NCBI GenBank assembly: GCA_040235515.1
Contig: JBECKX010000203.1
Location: forward strand, 1-45,302
Length of the DNA stretch: 45,302 nt
Origin: Candidatus Zixiibacteriota bacterium
Lineage (GTDB): Bacteria > Zixibacteria > MSB-5A5 > CAIYYT01
Direction of reading: 5' to 3'
Below are positions 9,641-18,133 of the stretch, one piece after another. Under the pieces are notes generated by a model. That model was not told where the DNA came from and ran no database searches. It saw nothing but the letters and a program-made list of their open reading frames with translations. A program made the translations under genes and the position numbers. Position 1 is the stretch's first letter; the number at the start of each line of letters is the position of its first letter.

Positions 9641-9676
9641 GACCCCGTTGGTACCTCACCGACGGGGTTCTTTTTT
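9641..9676 (+). terminator. Intrinsic terminator
   Basis: Stem gaccccgttggt / accgacggggtt followed by ctttttt. Confidence 0.85.
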
Positions 9677-9725
9677 GGGAGTCGAGGGGTCCACAGTTGC
9701 GCGGGGGGATGTGGCCAATTCAATC

Positions 9726-9753
9726 TTGACATTGGCACTCCACTAACTACTTT
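9726..9753 (+). promoter_or_regulatory. Sigma70-type promoter of the 9821 gene
   Basis: TTGACA-N16-TACTTT. Confidence 0.6.
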
Positions 9754-9820
9754 GCAGCATCAAAGATTATTCAATGCAGACTAACCTGGTCGCGCGGGCG
9801 GTCAGCCGGAAGGAGAGGTA

Positions 9821-10840
9821 ATGCTACAACTACGCAAGTATCTGATTTTAGCGCTTTGTGCGGTGGTGATGACCGCGGCGGTCGCCAATGGAAGCGTGAC
9901 GCAGAAGCAGATGTCGGAAATGAAGTTGAGTGGTCCGATGAAGGTGATCGCGAAGCTTTTCGGCTGGGATGGTCCGCGTTACACGGTGGAGTATTATCAG
10001 GGTCACCAGATGCGCACCGACTATCTGAATGACAAGGGTGAGAAGGTGGAGCGTTCGGAGATTGTGGATCTCGACAAGGAGCTTTTCATCAGCGTCAACC
10101 ACAAGAAGAAGCGTTACTCGCAGATGACGTTCGCGGAGTGGCGTGAGATGATGCGCAAGGCGGTCGAGGACATGAAAGCGCAGATGCCGGAGAATAGCGG
10201 CGAGGGGATGACCGGAGAGGGGTATCCGGAGCTTAGCTACAACTTCAATATTGACCACACCGGCTCGGTGGAGGATATCAATGGTTTTCAGGCCGAGAAG
10301 GTAATCGTCACCGCGACCTCGTCGATGGCGGAAGATGCGGCGGCGCAGGGTGATGCGGAAGCGGCCGCGATGGTGGTTGAGATGACGACCTGGGTGGTGG
10401 AGGAACTCTACGGCACGGCGGAGATGGCGGAGTTCGCGAAGCTGCTGGTGGAAAAACTCGGGATGGATCCTGAGGTTGAGGATATGAAGAATATGCTTGA
10501 GATGGTGTTCGTCAGCAATCCGGCTGCCGGGGGTGCGATGAGCCAGATCAGCGAGGCGCAGGAGCAAGTTGGCGGGCATAGTGTGAAGACGATCGTGAAG
10601 ATCAAGAATGCGCCTGCGGCGGAGTCTGAATCAGAGGCGGAAGCTGAGGAGGAATCGGGGGGCGGCTCAGGATTGTTCGGGAAGCTTGGAGGCAAGTTCA
10701 TGGGTGGCGGAAAGAAGGATAAGGATCAGGGGCCTGCGGTTCTGATAGAGACGCATTCGGAGAGGTTTGCGATCGATGATGCTCATATTGACCCATCGAT
10801 GTTTGCGCCGCCGGAGAAGTACAAGCTGGAGAAGAAGTAG
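9821..10840 (+). CDS. Secreted hypothetical protein (DUF4412-like beta-rich fold)
   Basis: Signal peptide and AGGAGAGG SD. Pattern MRTD..IVDLDK..VNHKKKRYSQM, TG..EDINGFQAEK, ending F.PP..YK. Confidence 0.75.
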   Translation: MLQLRKYLILALCAVVMTAAVANGSVTQKQMSEMKLSGPMKVIAKLFGWDGPRYTVEYYQGHQMRTDYLNDKGEKVERSEIVDLDKELFISVNHKKKRYSQMTFAEWREMMRKAVEDMKAQMPENSGEGMTGEGYPELSYNFNIDHTGSVEDINGFQAEKVIVTATSSMAEDAAAQGDAEAAAMVVEMTTWVVEELYGTAEMAEFAKLLVEKLGMDPEVEDMKNMLEMVFVSNPAAGGAMSQISEAQEQVGGHSVKTIVKIKNAPAAESESEAEAEEESGGGSGLFGKLGGKFMGGGKKDKDQGPAVLIETHSERFAIDDAHIDPSMFAPPEKYKLEKK

Positions 10841-10873
10841 GGGGTGGGCGTACGGAACCAAAGTAAACAAGGC

Positions 10874-10909
10874 AACGGGCACAGTGATGTGCCCGTTTTT
10901 TGTTTTTTT
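10874..10909 (+). terminator. Intrinsic terminator between convergent genes
   Basis: aacgggcaca-gtga-tgtgcccgtt followed by a long T tract. Confidence 0.85.
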
Positions 10910-10923
10910 GGGTGTATCTAGGA

Positions 10924-12348
10924 CTAGTTCGTCGTGGGGTCTTGGCTGGTGACGGTGGCGATTGCTTGTAGCGTGCGCGCGACATCGGTTTCATCGGTGC
11001 GCCAGTTGACCACGCTGACCCGCATCGCTTTCTTGCCGCGCCAGGTCGTGCCGCTGAAGAATGCTTCGCCGGTAGCATTGATTCGCCTAATCATAGCATC
11101 GGTGCGATTGTCGTGATCGGCGTCGGTGGCGGTTGGAGCGGGATCGAGGAACCGCACCAGGCCTTGATTGAAGTGGGGGCGCCACAGCACCTGCGCATTG
11201 GGTAGTTTGCCGATGCCGTCGACAATGGCGCGGGCTGAGTCGCAGCAGCGATCAACCATCTGCTCCAGCCCGCTGCGACCCAGCTCGCGCAAGGCAGCAT
11301 AGACTGTAAAGCCGCGAGCACGGCGGGAGAAGTCGGGATTCCAGTCAACCTGATCGCGCGCGAGCCCTCGGTCGGCGATGTAAGAGGCGCTGGCGGTCAT
11401 CGAGGCGCGATGCGCGGCAGCATCCCGGATGAATGCCATCCCGCAATCAAACGGCACATTGAGCAGCTTATGCCCATTGGTCACCCAACTGTCCGCCAGC
11501 TCGACTCCTTCGAGGAGGTGTCGTTTGCTGCGGCTGAGTCTGGCGAATAAGCCGAAGGCGCCGTCGACGTGCACCCAGGCGCCGGCTTCTTTGGCGATCG
11601 GGATGACTGTCTTGAAGTCATCGAAGGCGCCAATGTTGAGGTCAGCGGCATTCAGCACCACAACCATAGGGCCATCACATCGGGCTAACTCTTCGCGAAG
11701 TGCGTCATGGCGAATGCGACCATCGTTGTCGGTGGCCACGGGTAGCAGTTGTTGTGCGCCGATCCCGAGGAAGTTGATGGCACGATCAACGGTCTTATGG
11801 CGTTCTGCGGAAGCGAGCACTTTGAAGGGAGGCGCAGCAAACAACCCGCGATCGTTGACATCCCAGCCACGCGCCTGCAGTAATGCCTGCCGTGCCGCCG
11901 CGAGCGCGGTGAAGTGGGCCATCTGACAACCGGTGGTGAAGGCAAAAGATGCCTCGCGCGGCAGCTCGAATAGCTGTTTCAGCCAGTCGCCCGCTACCTC
12001 CTCGGTGACGGCAGCCGCCGGGGCGACGGCATACATGCCGGCGTTTTGATCCCAGAGAGAAGTAAGCCAGTCGGCAGCCATAGCGGCGGGCAAGGTACCG
12101 CCGATTACCCAGGCGAAGAAGCGGCTGCAGGGCGTGCCGAGCAGACCGCCCTCAGCGGCTTTCACCAACTCATCGATGATGGTTACCGGATCGACGCCCT
12201 CGTCTTTCAATTCGACGAAGAACCGGGCGCGCAGTTCCTCCGGGGTTGTTGTGGTTGCCACGGAACGATCGTTGATCCGGAATAGAAAATCCTCGGCGTG
12301 CTCCAGGACACGCTTGAGGACAGCGTAATGTTGTGGGTCGGTTCTCAT
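10924..12348 (-). CDS. PLP-dependent group II amino-acid decarboxylase (aromatic-L-amino-acid/aspartate decarboxylase family)
   Basis: RFFAWVIGG, WVHVDGAFG, DSWVTNGHKLLNVP (PLP lysine), FSRRARG and RVSVVNWRT motifs. Confidence 0.92.
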   Translation of the reverse strand: MRTDPQHYAVLKRVLEHAEDFLFRINDRSVATTTTPEELRARFFVELKDEGVDPVTIIDELVKAAEGGLLGTPCSRFFAWVIGGTLPAAMAADWLTSLWDQNAGMYAVAPAAAVTEEVAGDWLKQLFELPREASFAFTTGCQMAHFTALAAARQALLQARGWDVNDRGLFAAPPFKVLASAERHKTVDRAINFLGIGAQQLLPVATDNDGRIRHDALREELARCDGPMVVVLNAADLNIGAFDDFKTVIPIAKEAGAWVHVDGAFGLFARLSRSKRHLLEGVELADSWVTNGHKLLNVPFDCGMAFIRDAAAHRASMTASASYIADRGLARDQVDWNPDFSRRARGFTVYAALRELGRSGLEQMVDRCCDSARAIVDGIGKLPNAQVLWRPHFNQGLVRFLDPAPTATDADHDNRTDAMIRRINATGEAFFSGTTWRGKKAMRVSVVNWRTDETDVARTLQAIATVTSQDPTTN

Positions 12349-12617
12349 GTGGTATATCCGTCACTCGCTTTCACAGGTTGACCAGCTATGTAGTGGGATT
12401 GTGCGGCACGGCTGGATGAGAGAAGCGCATCAGGGGTGTCTGCCGCGAGCCGGGTGTTGTAGATTTCCTGAGCCTGCCAGCGGTGCTCACCGCGCTTCTC
12501 TGCAAGGTGGTATAAGGGACTAAGGGTTGCATGGCGGGGAAGCTACGGCAACATGTAAGATTCGAAAACAGTTTTTTGAGCCGAAGATGAGGCGTCAAAC
12601 TCGAGATAGAGAAGTGT

Positions 12618-12646
12618 TTGGAGCGGGGTGGGCAATTCGTTATTTT
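12618..12646 (+). promoter_or_regulatory. Candidate sigma70 promoter of gatE-gatD
   Basis: TTGGAG-N17-TATTTT just upstream of gatE. Confidence 0.4.
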
Positions 12647-12660
12647 CTGTGCCGCCGTGA

Positions 12661-14667
12661 ATGAGAGAGGAACAACGCGAGATCATGAGTTATAGATTCG
12701 ACCCACGTGAAAACTACGAGCAAAGCCGAGAGAGGGTAGGTTGGGTGCCGCTTGAAGAGGCGACGCCGGAGACTTACGAACGGATCGGCTACAAGTCGGG
12801 CCTTGAAGTCCATCAGCAGTTAAAGACGAAGAAGAAGCTGTTCTGCCGTTGTCCGGCGGGGATTTACCAGGACCCGGATGACTATGATGCAGAGGTTATC
12901 CGGCATATGCGTCCTACTTTGAGTGAGCTGGGTGAGTATGACGGGACGGCCTTGATGGAGTTCAAGACCAAGAAGAACGTGATCTATCGCATCAAGGGGC
13001 AGACGGCGTGCACGTACGATATCGATGATACTCCGCCGTTTCCGCTCGATCGCGAAGCGCTTGAGTATGCTCTGAAAATCTCGCTGATGCTGAAGTTGAA
13101 CATCGTGGGTGAGCTTCATATCACGCGCAAGCAATACCTTGACGGCAGCATTCCAACCGGGTTTCAGCGCACCGGGATCATCGGGATCGAGGGTGAGATT
13201 CCACTGCGGAACAAGAAGGTGCGAATCATGCAGTTGAGCATCGAAGAGGATGCTTGCCGGGAGGTCTCGGATGTCGGGCACTGGCGGATATTCATGACAG
13301 ATCGGCTGGGAATGCCGTTGATAGAGACGGTGACCTATCCGGAATTGCTTACACCCTGGGAGTGTGCTGAGGCGGCGCAGTATCTTCGTTTTCTGGCGCG
13401 CAGTTCGGGGGTCGCTCGTGTTGGAATCGGCGCGGCGCGAGAGGATGTCAATGTGAGCGTGCGCGGCGGGACGCGGGTGGAGATCAAGGGGGTGTCCCAC
13501 ATCAAGTTGATCCCGCGATTGACGCATACGGAGGCATTCAGGCAGGTGGCGTTGTTGCAAATTCGGGATATCTTGAGCGAGCGGATAAAGAACCGGGATG
13601 AGTGGCAGATAGCGAGCGCGGAGTTAGAACCGACGCTGCTACCGCGTGAACATAAGGCTTTCCAGCGGCTACGGGCACGGGGTTGGATCGTTGCGGCGGT
13701 TAACCTGCCGAAGTTTGGCGGCATACTCTCCTACTTCACGCAGCCGGACAAGATGTTTGCGAATGAACTCAGCGATCGGCTGAAGGTGATTGCGTGCCTG
13801 GAACGGCCGAACCTGCTGCACTCGGAGCAGTTCTCGATCGAGAATGAGCAGGTGGAGCTGGAAGCGATCCGCAAGTTGCTTAAGTCCGCTGACGAGGACG
13901 CGCAGGTGGTGGTGTGGGGACCGCCGGAGGATGTCGAGACCGCGATCGGTGTAATCGAAGAGCGCTGCCGGCTGGCGATGGAGGGGGTTCCGAATGAAAC
14001 GCGCAAGTCGCTGGCGGATGGTACGACGGTGTTCGAACGAGTGTTGCCGGGACCGGATCGGATGTATCCCGATACCGATAGTGCGCCGATTCCGATTCGC
14101 GACAGTCTGATCGAAGATATTCGAAAAACTTTACCACTCGAAGTTGTCGATCGGGTGAAGCAGTTGAGGGAGTGGGGTGCGCCGGAGGACACGCATACTT
14201 ATATCCTGCGCAATAACCTGGTGCCACTGATGGAGCGGATCATCGCTGATTGCGGACATGAGCCGAAATTCGTGTCGACCTTTCTCGGGCACACGCTCAA
14301 GAGCATTGAGGGACGAATCAAGGCGGGCACCGATTTCTCTTACGAGCGGGTTTACGAGCTATGTCGCTTTGCCCAGCGGGAGGGGCTGACACGGGATATT
14401 CTGGCGAAGATGCTGCCGGTAGTGTATCGGCATCCCAATATGCATTTTGATTCGGTGCTGACGACGATCGAGTTCCACCCGCTGACATTCGACGAAGTGT
14501 TGGAGTTTCTGCCGTCCCTGGTGCGCAAGGCGAAGGCGATCGGGACGACGGCGAATTCGGGTGCTGATGTGCGCTGGATCATGGGGCAATTGCGGCGGAA
14601 GGCATGCGGCAACGTGGCTCTCCCGGCATTGAGGAATCGTGTAGAGGAGGAGCTGAAGCGTGGCTGA
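12661..14667 (+). CDS. gatE: Glu-tRNA(Gln) amidotransferase subunit E, archaeal type (start may be ATG 12685)
   Basis: KSGLEVHQQL..KKLFCRCP, RPTLSELGEYD..A..E, DGSIPTGFQRT, EEDACR, DRLGMPLIE, EDVNVSVRGGTRVEIKGV, GVPNETR and PGPDRMYPDTD. Has the central insertion and 668-aa length of GatE rather than GatB. Confidence 0.93.
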   Translation: MREEQREIMSYRFDPRENYEQSRERVGWVPLEEATPETYERIGYKSGLEVHQQLKTKKKLFCRCPAGIYQDPDDYDAEVIRHMRPTLSELGEYDGTALMEFKTKKNVIYRIKGQTACTYDIDDTPPFPLDREALEYALKISLMLKLNIVGELHITRKQYLDGSIPTGFQRTGIIGIEGEIPLRNKKVRIMQLSIEEDACREVSDVGHWRIFMTDRLGMPLIETVTYPELLTPWECAEAAQYLRFLARSSGVARVGIGAAREDVNVSVRGGTRVEIKGVSHIKLIPRLTHTEAFRQVALLQIRDILSERIKNRDEWQIASAELEPTLLPREHKAFQRLRARGWIVAAVNLPKFGGILSYFTQPDKMFANELSDRLKVIACLERPNLLHSEQFSIENEQVELEAIRKLLKSADEDAQVVVWGPPEDVETAIGVIEERCRLAMEGVPNETRKSLADGTTVFERVLPGPDRMYPDTDSAPIPIRDSLIEDIRKTLPLEVVDRVKQLREWGAPEDTHTYILRNNLVPLMERIIADCGHEPKFVSTFLGHTLKSIEGRIKAGTDFSYERVYELCRFAQREGLTRDILAKMLPVVYRHPNMHFDSVLTTIEFHPLTFDEVLEFLPSLVRKAKAIGTTANSGADVRWIMGQLRRKACGNVALPALRNRVEEELKRG

Positions 14668-16042
14668 TCTATTTAAGGGATACAAGGGTGCGGCGCGGGG
14701 AGTCCTCACCGATTTCAATGTGCGGGTTTGGGGGCAGGTGACCGTCGAGTCGAGCCGGGGGACCTTTAAGGGTATCCTGCTGCCGAGGAGTGAGAATGAT
14801 GACGACCAGCACCTGGTGTTAAAGCTGCCGACCGGTTACAACGTGGGGGTTGCAGTTTCGACGATCACCAACATCGTTGAGGATGGGTACAAGGAAGCTC
14901 ATTATAAGATTCCTGAGAAAGAATTTCCGGTTACGCCGAACCTGCCACATGTCAAGCTACTGGGCACGGGCGGCACGATTGCATCGCGGCTTGATTATCG
15001 CACAGGGGCGGTGATTCCGGCATTCTCGCCGGGTGAGCTTTATGGCGCGGTACCGGAACTAGCGGATATCTGCAACCTGACAACAGAGAAGCTGTTTGCG
15101 GTGTTCTCGGAGAATATGGGACCGGAGCAGTACAAGACGCTGGCGGTTGCGATCGGGCAGGAGATCGAGAAGGGGATTGATGGGATTGTGATCGGGCATG
15201 GTACTGATACAATGCACCATACGGCCTCGGCGTTGGCGTTCATGATCCAGAATTCACCGATTCCGATCGTGATGGTTGGCTCGCAGCGATCATCCGATCG
15301 GCCGTCATCTGATGCGGCACTCAACCTGATGCATGCTACCAAGACGGCTGCCGAGTCTGATATTGCTGAAGTGATGGTGTGTATGTTCGGGCCGACCTCC
15401 GATGAGTATGGCTTGCTGCACCGGGGGACACGGGTGCGGAAGATGCATTCATCATACCGTTCGACGTTCAGGACGATTGGGGATGTGCCGTTGGCGATGG
15501 TGGATCGCAAGAAGATCACGCCGATCAAGCAGAACTACAACCACCGCCGCAAGGATCGCAACGTCAAGATTACGCCGACATTCGAGGAGAAGGTTGCGAT
15601 AGTTTACTACTACCCGAACATGCAGCCCGACATTATCGAAGCGTTGATTGATAATGGTTACAGGGGGATCGTGATCGCGGGCACCGGGTTGGGGCACATC
15701 AATAAGCCGCTCTACCCGGCGATCGAGAGGTGTCAGCGTGAGGGGATCGCGGTCTATATGACTGTGCAGACACTGTGGGGTTTTGTGCATATGTTCGTGT
15801 ATGACACCGGTCGTGATCTGATGGCTAAGGGGATCATCCCGCTGGGGAATATGCTGCCGGAGGTAGCGTATTGCAAGCTTGGTTGGGCGATGGGGCAGAC
15901 GCATGACCTGGAGAAGGTGAAAGAGTTGATGCTCACCAATATTGCAGATGAGATTACCGACCGCGAACCGCACAATGGATATTTGATTTTCCAGGGTGGC
16001 GTACCGGAGATCGAGCGATTCTTGCGGACGGTGCATAAGTAG
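14660..16042 (+). CDS. gatD: Glu-tRNA(Gln) amidotransferase subunit D (asparaginase-like glutaminase with N-terminal beta domain)
   Basis: N-terminal GILLPR..LVLKLPTGYNVG domain, then TGGTIASRLDYRTGAV, HGTDTM, GSQRSSDRPSSDA, RGTRVRKMHSS, GTGLGH and MLPEVAYCKL. GTG start with GAGGAGG SD overlaps the gatE stop. Confidence 0.95.
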   Translation: MADLFKGYKGAARGVLTDFNVRVWGQVTVESSRGTFKGILLPRSENDDDQHLVLKLPTGYNVGVAVSTITNIVEDGYKEAHYKIPEKEFPVTPNLPHVKLLGTGGTIASRLDYRTGAVIPAFSPGELYGAVPELADICNLTTEKLFAVFSENMGPEQYKTLAVAIGQEIEKGIDGIVIGHGTDTMHHTASALAFMIQNSPIPIVMVGSQRSSDRPSSDAALNLMHATKTAAESDIAEVMVCMFGPTSDEYGLLHRGTRVRKMHSSYRSTFRTIGDVPLAMVDRKKITPIKQNYNHRRKDRNVKITPTFEEKVAIVYYYPNMQPDIIEALIDNGYRGIVIAGTGLGHINKPLYPAIERCQREGIAVYMTVQTLWGFVHMFVYDTGRDLMAKGIIPLGNMLPEVAYCKLGWAMGQTHDLEKVKELMLTNIADEITDREPHNGYLIFQGGVPEIERFLRTVHK

Positions 16043-16198
16043 GGGTGGGCTTGGCGTTTGACGGTCCGCACGAGGTCAGGTATACCTGGCGCGTGATATG
16101 AGCTGGCTTCACCTCGCTGACGCGGCAACTAAACATTCTGCCGTGCCAGATCGTTATCCTGATTGAACTTATTATCTGACAAAATGGGAGAGTATGAT

Positions 16199-17098
16199 TT
16201 GATCTTGCGAGCGCTTAAGATACTCGGTCTGGTTGTGCTTCCGCAGTTTCTTGGAGTGCACACCATAGTGGCGCAACCGTGTCCCCTGGAATTCAAGATT
16301 GAGGCAGAGCAGGCTGAGGTCGAACCATACGAGAGTGTCTGGGTACGTTTGAGCCTGACCAACATTGGCGACACTGCGATCGATGTCAGACCATTGCAGC
16401 CCGATCTGTGGTACGTCGACGTGTCAGTGCTCGACTCCGTGGGGGATGAGCTTTACTACACAGGTTTACACGGGGAGATAGGAGGAGATGGTGAATGGAT
16501 CACTCTCATGCCAGACACCACCCTGTCGCGCTGGATTGATATCTGCGAGACTCACGGTCGGCATCTGTCCAATAATGTTGGACTATCAGTGATGCCAGCG
16601 GGTTTCTATCGCTTGGTGTGCAGATTCTCTGGCGGACGATTCGGATGGATAGAATCGAATGAAGTGACTTTCCGGGTGAACTCCGAGGCCACTGATTCCT
16701 TGCTTTGGCAAGAACTCCGTGAGGTTGATGTCCAGTTCAATCATGCCGAGTTTCGACGGAGTAAGGTGGCGGGCTATCTTAAGCTGGCGAATGAACACCC
16801 GACCAGTACGCTGACCGAGCGAATATTGCTCTTGCTGCAGGTTCTTGACTCCGAGTCGGCGGTCGAGTACGCGCATCGCATCGTTGAAAACTTTCCAAAC
16901 TCGCACGATATTGCGCGGTGCTTCGGTTACGTCTACTGGGTGAGCAATAGGGAGCACGATGCCGGCATCGTCCACGATTTTTTGCGAGTGGTGCGCGCCT
17001 CGTACGATTCCACGCAGGCAGGCAGGCTGGCCACGGAGCTGTTGTCTCCGGCAAACTCAGGGGGGAACATAAGCAAGATTCTGGATGCGTTTCAGTAG
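16199..17098 (+). CDS. Secreted hypothetical protein (Ig-like N-domain, helical C-domain)
   Basis: Open frame from 16163. TTG 16199 has a GGAG SD and gives a signal-like N-terminus. V.L.LTN.G...I strand pattern, then helices with HP.S/FP.S turns. Confidence 0.65.
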   Translation: MILRALKILGLVVLPQFLGVHTIVAQPCPLEFKIEAEQAEVEPYESVWVRLSLTNIGDTAIDVRPLQPDLWYVDVSVLDSVGDELYYTGLHGEIGGDGEWITLMPDTTLSRWIDICETHGRHLSNNVGLSVMPAGFYRLVCRFSGGRFGWIESNEVTFRVNSEATDSLLWQELREVDVQFNHAEFRRSKVAGYLKLANEHPTSTLTERILLLLQVLDSESAVEYAHRIVENFPNSHDIARCFGYVYWVSNREHDAGIVHDFLRVVRASYDSTQAGRLATELLSPANSGGNISKILDAFQ

Positions 17099-17319
17099 GG
17101 TGTGGGCAAGACCGATTGGTGCTTGATGCTGAGGTCAATCAAGCCTCACCCCCGGGACCCGCTCCTTGCGGATTAGTAGGAGGCCAGGCATTCCTGCCTG
17201 ATCGGCTACGCAACAACTTGCCGTGGTGCGAAGAGTGGTAACAGTACCTGTCGCGTCGACAAATCGGCAATTGTACGGAGTGCTTGCATAAAGTGACAGC
17301 ACTCCCATCTTAGGAATAA

Positions 17320-18066
17320 ATGAGTCACACCTTCCTCTCCCAATTTCCCTACACCTGCAAACTTGACTGGGGTGTGCTTGGTGCTAAGCGTGCTGCTGAA
17401 CGGGGAGAGGTAATTTTGATTGTGGATGTATACAGCTTTTCGACCACGGTTGCGTATGCCGCTGCGAGAGGAGCTTCCGTGATACCGTGTGGCAAGTCTG
17501 ATAACCCAGTTGAGATTGCGAAAAGTGTGGGAGGCACTGTGGTTGTGAATCGCAGGGATGTTCCGACGTTGGGCAAGTATTCGCTTTCACCGGAGACGAT
17601 GCTTAACGCTCAGCCGGGTGAGAAGATCATTCTGCCATCCCGCAACGGTGCTAACTGCAGTCGGGCGGCTCAAGGTGCTCCGCACGTAATTGCCGGGGCG
17701 TTCGTCAACTTAAAGGCAGTCGGAGAGTGCGTTAACAAGCTGCTGGAGACCGAGAAATGCGGAGTGACTATCATCGCCTGCGGCGAACGTGAGAAGGAAG
17801 ATGATCACCAGCTTCGTGTTGCGATTGAGGATTATTTGGCAGCCGGCGCGATTGTCTCGATGGTCAAGGGGGAAAAGTCGCCTGAAGCGGAGGTTTGTGA
17901 GGGAGCTTACCTCAGCAGGCGATCCAGGCTCAAAGAGATCCTGTGGGAGTCGACCAGCAGCCGGGAGTTGCGTGAGGCAGGGTTTGCGCGGGATGTGGAG
18001 TTGTCGATTGCAGTGGATGCTTTCTCTATAGTGCCGTTGCTCAGGAAAGGAGCATATTCCGGGTAG
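17320..18066 (+). CDS. comB: 2-phosphosulfolactate phosphatase (ComB) family protein
   Basis: IVDVYSFSTT, SLSP, LPSRNG, IIACGER and IEDYLAAGAI motifs. Confidence 0.85.
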   Translation: MSHTFLSQFPYTCKLDWGVLGAKRAAERGEVILIVDVYSFSTTVAYAAARGASVIPCGKSDNPVEIAKSVGGTVVVNRRDVPTLGKYSLSPETMLNAQPGEKIILPSRNGANCSRAAQGAPHVIAGAFVNLKAVGECVNKLLETEKCGVTIIACGEREKEDDHQLRVAIEDYLAAGAIVSMVKGEKSPEAEVCEGAYLSRRSRLKEILWESTSSRELREAGFARDVELSIAVDAFSIVPLLRKGAYSG

Positions 18067-18133
18067 TCCGAATGGTCCTATTTTTGGGCGGCCTCAGCTC
18101 TCAATGCCGCGTAAAATCCAACCTACTGCGGTT

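Noticed and set aside
9541..9746. 65-aa ORFs on both strands
   Set aside because: They run through a terminator and promoter, have no SD and no protein-like features; RNA structure explains the region better.
9732..9758. Second CIRCE (TTGGCACTC half-site in the 9821 promoter)
   Set aside because: The right half (ctttgcagc) does not match GAGTGCTAA.
14660..16042. Plain type I L-asparaginase, with the upstream gene as gatB
   Set aside because: The N-terminal KL..GYNVG domain and ASRLDYRTGAV motif are GatD-specific; the partner has GatE-specific motifs and length, and no gatA/gatC is adjacent.
16125..16150. Sigma54-like TGGCAC on the minus strand near 16148
   Set aside because: No TTGC/GC at the -12 position.
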